Assembly (NCBI GenBank): GCA_044220955.1
Contig: JBGAQA010000108.1
Location: 1 to 21,246 of the forward strand
Origin: Sandaracinaceae bacterium
GTDB lineage: Bacteria > Myxococcota_A > Polyangia > Polyangiales > Sandaracinaceae
Direction: 5' to 3'
Length of the DNA: 21,246 nt
Notes under the pieces: generated by a model
Seen by the model: the letters and a program-made list of their open reading frames with translations, nothing else
The model's database searches: none
What the model was told of the DNA's origin: nothing
Position numbers and translations under genes: made by a program
Part shown: one piece after another, positions 15,946 through 21,246 of the stretch
Position numbering within the stretch: the first letter of the stretch is position 1
Layout: every line of letters begins with the position of its first letter

Positions 15946-17663
15946 GCGGCGACGTCCCCGTCGCCGGCGAGGTGCTCGCGGGCAAGTACGTCGTCGAGCG
16001 CGTGCTGGGGCAGGGCGGCATGGGCATCGTGCTCGCGGCGCGCCACCGCGAGCTCGACGCGCGCGTGGCGGTGAAGCTGCTGCGGACGCGGCCGGCGCCC
16101 AGCGTCGAGGCCGTGGAGCGCTTCCAGCGCGAGGCACGGGCCGCAGCGCGCCTGAAGAGCGATCACGTGGCGCGCGTGAGCGACGTGGGTGTGCTGCCCG
16201 ACGGCACGCCCTTCATGGTGATGGAGCACCTCGAGGGCGCGGACCTCGCCGAGATCCTGCGCGGCGGGCCGCTCGCGCCCGGGCTCGTCGCCGACCTCGT
16301 CGCGCAGGCCTGCGAGGCCGTCGCGGAGGCGCACGCCGCGGGGATCGTTCACCGCGACCTCAAGCCCTCGAACCTCTTCTTGACGCGCACGGTCCGCGGC
16401 GGCGCGCGCGTGAAGGTGCTCGACTTCGGCATCTCCAAGCTGCGCACCACGGGCGGCGCGGAGCCGCTGGCGGAGACGGCGCAGGGCACGATGCTCGGCA
16501 CGCCGCTCTACATGTCGCCCGAGCAGATGCGCTCGTCGCGCGACGTGGACGCGCGGAGCGACGTGTGGTCGCTGGGCCTGGTCGCCTTCGAGCTGCTCAC
16601 AGGGAGCGTGCCCTGGTCGACCGAGAGCATCGCGGCGCTCGCGCTCGACGTGACGACGACGCCGGCGCCGGATCCGCGGGAGCTGCGGCCGGAGGTGCCG
16701 CGCGGGCTTGCCGATGTCGTGCTCCGCTGTCTGGCGAAGGACCCGGCCGGGCGCTTCGCCGACGCGAGCGAGCTCGGCGCGGCCCTCGCAGCCCACCGAA
16801 CGGAGACCGGTCCTGCCGCGACGGATGCGCTGCTCGGGCGCGTGCCCGCGTCGCGGGGGGCGATCGAGAGCGCCGCCACCACGCCGGCCGCGCCCTCGCC
16901 CGGGGCCGCGCGCGCCTCGCCGCTCGGCTCGACCGGCCCGATCTCCGGGCCCGCGCCCGTGACGCCCGCCGCGACGCCGGCCTCGTCGCCCGCACCGAGC
17001 GCGCTCCCCGCGATCGGCGGAACGCTCGTCGTGGTCGCGATCGCGATCGGGTCGATGTTCGCCGCGCGCTACGCGTGGGACGACGACGGCCCACCCGCCG
17101 CTCCGGCTCCGGCGCATGCACCCGAGCCCGACGCCGGGCCGCCTCCGCCCGACGCGTTCGTCCCGCCGGAGCACCCCCGCCCGTGCGTCGAACCTCCCGA
17201 CCCGCCGTGCGCCGCGGAGGCCCGCGCGTGGTGTCTGCCCGAGGGGACGCGGGTGGCGTGCTGCGATGCAGGCCTGGTCCCGACGAGCGACGGATTCTGC
17301 GAGTGCCCACCGGGGGGCGCGCTCGACGCCGCGACCATCGCGTCCGGATGCGCGCCGGGCCCCGACACCCCCGTGAGAGAACGCCTGCAGGCGGTGATGG
17401 TCGCGCACATGCCCGCGATGCGCGCCTGCTACGAGGCCCGCCTCGCCGAGCGCGCGACCCTGACCGGCGAGATCACGCTCGCCTTCACCGTCTCGCCCTG
17501 GGGCGAGCTCTGGGACGCGCGCATCGACGCGAGCTCGCTGCCCGACCCGGACGCGCAGCGCTGCCTGCTCGGTGAGCTGCGTGCGATGCGGCTCGACCCG
17601 CCCCTGCCGGGCGGATGGCCGGTCCAGGTGAGCTATCCGCTCATCTTCGAGACGGAGGAGTAG
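15942..17663 (+). CDS. Membrane Hanks-type Ser/Thr protein kinase with C-terminal AgmX/PglI (TonB-C-like) domain
   Basis: LGQGGMGIV, VAVK, RFQREAR, HRDLKPSN, VLDFGISK, GTPLYMSPEQ, DVWSLG; TM segment; Pro/Cys-rich linker; RACYE..L.....L.G.I...F.V...G......I..S.L.D.....C.......L.PP..G...VSYPLIF. Confidence 0.95.
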   Translation: MSGDVPVAGEVLAGKYVVERVLGQGGMGIVLAARHRELDARVAVKLLRTRPAPSVEAVERFQREARAAARLKSDHVARVSDVGVLPDGTPFMVMEHLEGADLAEILRGGPLAPGLVADLVAQACEAVAEAHAAGIVHRDLKPSNLFLTRTVRGGARVKVLDFGISKLRTTGGAEPLAETAQGTMLGTPLYMSPEQMRSSRDVDARSDVWSLGLVAFELLTGSVPWSTESIAALALDVTTTPAPDPRELRPEVPRGLADVVLRCLAKDPAGRFADASELGAALAAHRTETGPAATDALLGRVPASRGAIESAATTPAAPSPGAARASPLGSTGPISGPAPVTPAATPASSPAPSALPAIGGTLVVVAIAIGSMFAARYAWDDDGPPAAPAPAHAPEPDAGPPPPDAFVPPEHPRPCVEPPDPPCAAEARAWCLPEGTRVACCDAGLVPTSDGFCECPPGGALDAATIASGCAPGPDTPVRERLQAVMVAHMPAMRACYEARLAERATLTGEITLAFTVSPWGELWDARIDASSLPDPDAQRCLLGELRAMRLDPPLPGGWPVQVSYPLIFETEE

Positions 17664-17728
17664 AGGCAGCGCCGATCGTGCCCCGTCCGCGTCGCGGACA
17701 CCTCCGGTTGACGCTATGGTCGCGCGCG

Positions 17729-18655
17729 ATGGCGCAGCGGGACGGTGATGCGGCGGAGGGGCTCGGCTCGGAGCAGCTGAAGCGCATGCTCGCGCTCGCG
17801 CTGGGCGGCAACGCCAAGGAGCTTACTTTCTGGCTCTCTCGCTTCGGTGGCCAGCCGAGCCCGCGCGTGAACCTCGCGCTCGCGTCGGGCTTCGGCGCGG
17901 AGGCGGCCGCGCACGGCGAGCGCGCGCTCCGGGTACTCTCGATCCTGGCGAAGAACGACGCCGCGCCCGACACGGCGGACGTGTTCCTGCCGATGGCCGC
18001 GGCCCACGGCTACGCGCAGCTCGTCATGCGCGAGAAGGCCGTGCGCGCCTCGTGGGCCGCGCTCTTCGATCTCGCCGCGGACGAGCGCGTGCCCGTGCGA
18101 CTCGCCACGGGCCAGGCGCTGATCGAGCTCGCGGCGCGCAAGGGCGCGGACGCGCTCGTCGCCGAGGCCGAGGGCTGGCTCGCGTGCGAGGATCGCGAGC
18201 TGCGCTGGGGCTCGCTCGCGGTCGCGTGCGACGTGATGGCCGAGCGGCGTGCGCTCGACGGGCTCGCGGACCGCGCGCGCTGGCTCGCGCTGCTCGCGGC
18301 GCTGCTCGACGACGTGGCCGACGCGCCCCGAGCGGCCGAGCGCTCCGACGCGCGCCGCCGCGTGACCGCCGCGCTCCCCGCGCCGATCGCGCTCGCCGCG
18401 CAGGCGTTCCGCGGCACCCCGTCCGGCATCGCTTGGCTGGACGAGCAGTGCCGGCGTGCGAGGCAGGTGGACGTGCGCGGCGTGCTCGACCATGCGCTCG
18501 AGAGGCTCCGCAAGCGCGGCGCGTCCGAGGGCACCGAGACGCTCCGCGGGCTCCAGGAGGCGCTCGCGAGCAGCGCCAAGCCGCCGCGGGATCCTGCGCG
18601 CATCCGCGAGGGGCTCACCGGGCGCGGCAAGAAGCGCCGCACCCGCGGCGCCTAG
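17729..18655 (+). CDS. Hypothetical alpha-helical (HEAT-like) protein with basic C-terminal tail
   Basis: 308-aa ORF with typical codon usage; LAADERVPVRLATGQALIELA is HEAT-like; ends RGKKRRTRGA; TATGGT 8 nt before the ATG. Confidence 0.8.
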   Translation: MAQRDGDAAEGLGSEQLKRMLALALGGNAKELTFWLSRFGGQPSPRVNLALASGFGAEAAAHGERALRVLSILAKNDAAPDTADVFLPMAAAHGYAQLVMREKAVRASWAALFDLAADERVPVRLATGQALIELAARKGADALVAEAEGWLACEDRELRWGSLAVACDVMAERRALDGLADRARWLALLAALLDDVADAPRAAERSDARRRVTAALPAPIALAAQAFRGTPSGIAWLDEQCRRARQVDVRGVLDHALERLRKRGASEGTETLRGLQEALASSAKPPRDPARIREGLTGRGKKRRTRGA

Positions 18656-18701
18656 CCCCACCGATCACCTCAGTCGGTCCGTCGATGGGGGTGCGTCGTC
18701 A

Positions 18702-18793
18702 CCCTCACCCTGGTCCTCTCCCACGAAGTGGGAGAGGGAACCGAGCACGAGAAGCCCTCACCCCGCTCGCGGGGGAGAGGGTTGGGTGAGGGG
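18702..18793. repeat. REP-like palindromic element (CCCTCACCC..CCTCTCCC type), inverted doublet between convergent genes
   Basis: Outer arms CCCTCACCC-tggt-CCTCTCCC and GGGAGAGG-gtt-GGGTGAGGG; internal hairpin CCTCTCCCAC-gaa-GTGGGAGAGG (18715-18737) and a second imperfect hairpin at ~18755-18781. Confidence 0.8.
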
Positions 18794-18797
18794 CGCG

Positions 18798-20285
18798 TCA
18801 CTCGCCGCGCGCCATCGCCACGCGGAAGCCGCGCACGAAGTCGTCGGGCTCGTCCGCGTCGAGGCCGCGCGCGCCGAGGTTCGTGACCACCACCACGACC
18901 TGTCGCGTGCCCTCGAGCAGCTCGACGGGCAGGTAGGCCTCGGGCACGGGACGCGGCGGCGCACGCACGCGCGCGATCTCGTCGCCGCTCGGGCCGATGC
19001 GCAGCGCGATCATCGACCACTCCACGCCGAACTCGCCGCGCAGCCACACCTTGAGCTGGGAGCCCGGGGGCGCCGCGGACACGTCGCAGACCGCGTACGC
19101 GCTGCCGTAGGGCTCGACGGCCCCCTCGAAGCGCCGCGAGAAGGGCAGCTCCGCCCAGCTCGTCGTTCCCCACGCGGGCACCGTCGCCGCTCTCGGGAGC
19201 GCGCCGAGGATCGGGTACGAGAGCGCGTGCGCCGGCTCGCGCGAGCCCGCGAGCCAGCGCGAGCCTGCGAAGTCCTCCACGATGCGCGTCAGCGGATCGC
19301 GCGCGAGCGCGACGCCGTACGCGATCACGTAGTAGTAGTCCGGCAGCGCGTGCAGACCGAGCGCCGGTGAACGGTAGGTGTCGCGCGTGTACTGCCGGTC
19401 GGCGTTCCAGAGATCGCGGATGAAGCTGCCCGTCTCCTGGTCGTGCCGCGCCGAGATCGCTCCGACGAGCAGCGCGCCACCCTCGCCGGTGCTCGGATCG
19501 TGCGAGACGAACGTGCGCCAGCTCTCGGTCTGCTGGCGGACGACGAGCGACTCGTCGCAGCCGTAGCGGCCCGTGACGAGGTAGGCGAGGTAGACCGCGG
19601 TGGCGCGGCGCCACTGCGGCGACTCGGCCGGGTCCATCGAGAGGAGCAGCGCGTCGGCGTAGGCCGTCAGCGTGCACGCGGGGACGAGCGCCGGGTCGAC
19701 GGCGTCGGAGATCTCCGCGAACGTCAGGGCGCCATCGATGTCCGTGGCGCTCGTGGGGACGTCGACGCCAGCTCGCTCGTAGCGGGGCGGCGCGGGCCGC
19801 TCGAGCGGGGCAGCTCGCAGGTCCGTCTCGATCGACCCGACCTCTCGCACGCTGGGCTCGGCGCGCAGGTACACGTCGAGCTCGCTGCCGCCGCCGCGGC
19901 CGCCGTCGTAGGGAGGTGCCGGCCAGCCGAGCCGCTCCATGGCGAGCGCGGCGTCCTCGAGGCCGGCGAGCACGGCGCGGGCGTGATCGTCGGGCACGCC
20001 GGGCTCGGCATGCACGGCGACCGGCCAGAGCAGCGAGCGCAGCACGAGCCCCTCGTCCGCGGGTCGCTCCCGCGGGGTCGGGAACGGAACGCGCGGCCAC
20101 GTGACGTCCCCCTGCACCGCGTCCGACCACTCGGACAGCCCCTCGATCTCGAAGGCGCCCGCGCGAGGGGCGGCCCGCTCGGGTGGTGGCGCCGGGTCGG
20201 GGGCCTGGGCGTGGCCGGGCGACGCCCCCATCCACGCGGCGAACAGCACCAGGAAAAGACGTGCGGCTTGTCCGCTTGTTGACAC
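18798..20285 (-). CDS. Secreted protein resembling MXAN_6640-family zinc metalloproteases but lacking HExxH
   Basis: GGAGG before GTG 20285; signal peptide ending GHA-QA; LGWPAPPYDGGRGGGSELDVYL motif; beta-rich C-terminal domain; 495 aa. Confidence 0.75.
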   Translation of the reverse strand: MSTSGQAARLFLVLFAAWMGASPGHAQAPDPAPPPERAAPRAGAFEIEGLSEWSDAVQGDVTWPRVPFPTPRERPADEGLVLRSLLWPVAVHAEPGVPDDHARAVLAGLEDAALAMERLGWPAPPYDGGRGGGSELDVYLRAEPSVREVGSIETDLRAAPLERPAPPRYERAGVDVPTSATDIDGALTFAEISDAVDPALVPACTLTAYADALLLSMDPAESPQWRRATAVYLAYLVTGRYGCDESLVVRQQTESWRTFVSHDPSTGEGGALLVGAISARHDQETGSFIRDLWNADRQYTRDTYRSPALGLHALPDYYYVIAYGVALARDPLTRIVEDFAGSRWLAGSREPAHALSYPILGALPRAATVPAWGTTSWAELPFSRRFEGAVEPYGSAYAVCDVSAAPPGSQLKVWLRGEFGVEWSMIALRIGPSGDEIARVRAPPRPVPEAYLPVELLEGTRQVVVVVTNLGARGLDADEPDDFVRGFRVAMARGE

Positions 20286-20361
20286 TGAGCCTCCGGTACC
20301 TCTACACCTTTTTCCGGGCGTTTGCGCCTCGCAGGCCCAGAAAGATCGCCGGACCGAGACC

Positions 20362-20931
20362 ATGGACGAGCCGCGCTTCGACCCGACCGGGTTCTTCGAC
20401 TTCGATCTGGCCCAGGGAGCCGTTCGCGCGCGTGGGGGCACTCGTGTCCTCATGCTCTCGGACACCGTCGTGGCGCCGCTGGTTTCGAGCGCTGTGGCGA
20501 GCGGTGACCTGACGGCGCTGCGCCGCCTCGGCCGTCACGTGGGCGAGGAGATCCGCGCCTCGGTCGGCGGCAGTGCGATGGAGCGCGCGCCCGAGACGGT
20601 GCTGAGCCACGCGGCCAGCGTCCTGGCGCTCTTCGGCTGGGGACAGCTGGCCATGGAGCGCTGGGGCGATGCGCTCGTCGCGCGCGTCACGGCGCTGCCG
20701 GAGATCGACGATAGCCAGCTCGCGCTCGCCGCGCTGCTCGGCGGCCTCTTCACGGCGCTCGTGCAGAGGGACGTCGCGTGCGTGCCGCTCATGCGAGGAG
20801 ACGGCGGCGATCGCGGCTCGTTCATCCTCGTCGAGCCTTCCGTCGCGGAGACGGTGTGGAGCTGGGCGCAGGCCGGCCACGACATCCCCGCGATCGTGCA
20901 GCAGCTCGGTCCCGCGGAGGCCTCGTCGTGA
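20362..20931 (+). CDS. Stand-alone V4R/H-NOX-like small-ligand-binding fold protein (hypothetical)
   Basis: FDLAQGAV...GTRVLML, LRRLGRHVG, LFGWGQL, LLGGLFTALVQRDVACV match the XylR-N/V4R pattern; 189 aa. Confidence 0.7.
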   Translation: MDEPRFDPTGFFDFDLAQGAVRARGGTRVLMLSDTVVAPLVSSAVASGDLTALRRLGRHVGEEIRASVGGSAMERAPETVLSHAASVLALFGWGQLAMERWGDALVARVTALPEIDDSQLALAALLGGLFTALVQRDVACVPLMRGDGGDRGSFILVEPSVAETVWSWAQAGHDIPAIVQQLGPAEASS

Positions 20932-21179
20932 CCGACGTCGCCAAGCTCGAGGGCCTGCTCGCGCGCATCGAGAAGAACCGGCGGCCGGCGCCGCCTCCGC
21001 TCGAGAGCGTGCTCGCGCGCGTGGGCAGCTCGCCCGGAGACGTCGCCGCGCCCCGCCGTCCGCGCTCGCCGACGCCGCTCGAGGCGGCGCTCATCCAGAG
21101 CTCGCCGTCGGCGGCGCCGAGGCACGAAGACAAGATCGGCCCGTCTTCGCCGGGCACCTCGGCCGCCGAGAAGCCGCTC

Positions 21180-21188
<9 letters not shown>
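20928..21188 (+). CDS. Hypothetical protein, 5' part only (short helix followed by Pro/Ser-rich linker)
   Basis: GTG overlaps the upstream TGA with GGAGG upstream: MTDVAKLEGLLARIEKNRRPAPPPLESV...; the frame stays open to the window end. Not in the ORF track. Confidence 0.65.
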
Positions 21189-21245
<57 letters not shown>

Positions 21246-21246
21246 C

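Overview
Very GC-rich bacterial DNA with myxobacterial hallmarks: a Ser/Thr kinase with an AgmX/PglI-type C-terminal domain, a Cys-rich lipoprotein with an MXAN_6577-like motif, an MXAN_6640-like protein and sigma54 promoters. The taxon is inferred, not shown. The left half (999-10521) is a compact metabolic cluster. A minus-strand, largely translationally coupled run encodes a 4-hydroxybenzoyl-CoA-reductase-like molybdo-flavoenzyme (2Fe-2S, Mo and FAD/[4Fe-4S] subunits), a short LeuA/homocitrate-synthase-family enzyme, a MocA-like cytidylyltransferase and an ALDH7-type aldehyde dehydrogenase. It diverges from a single-chain aconitase-family enzyme with permuted LeuD-LeuC domain order. I do not recognise this combination as a described pathway, and it is the best candidate for a new system. 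The right half holds membrane, secreted and hypothetical genes, a crotonase, a kinase, a REP-like palindrome, a probably inactive metalloprotease homolog and a V4R-like protein. Both window ends carry short fragments of unrelated genes (gmk at left, a MopE-type Cys repeat at right) and look like chimeric joins. Family calls rest on motif recognition only; no searches were run.
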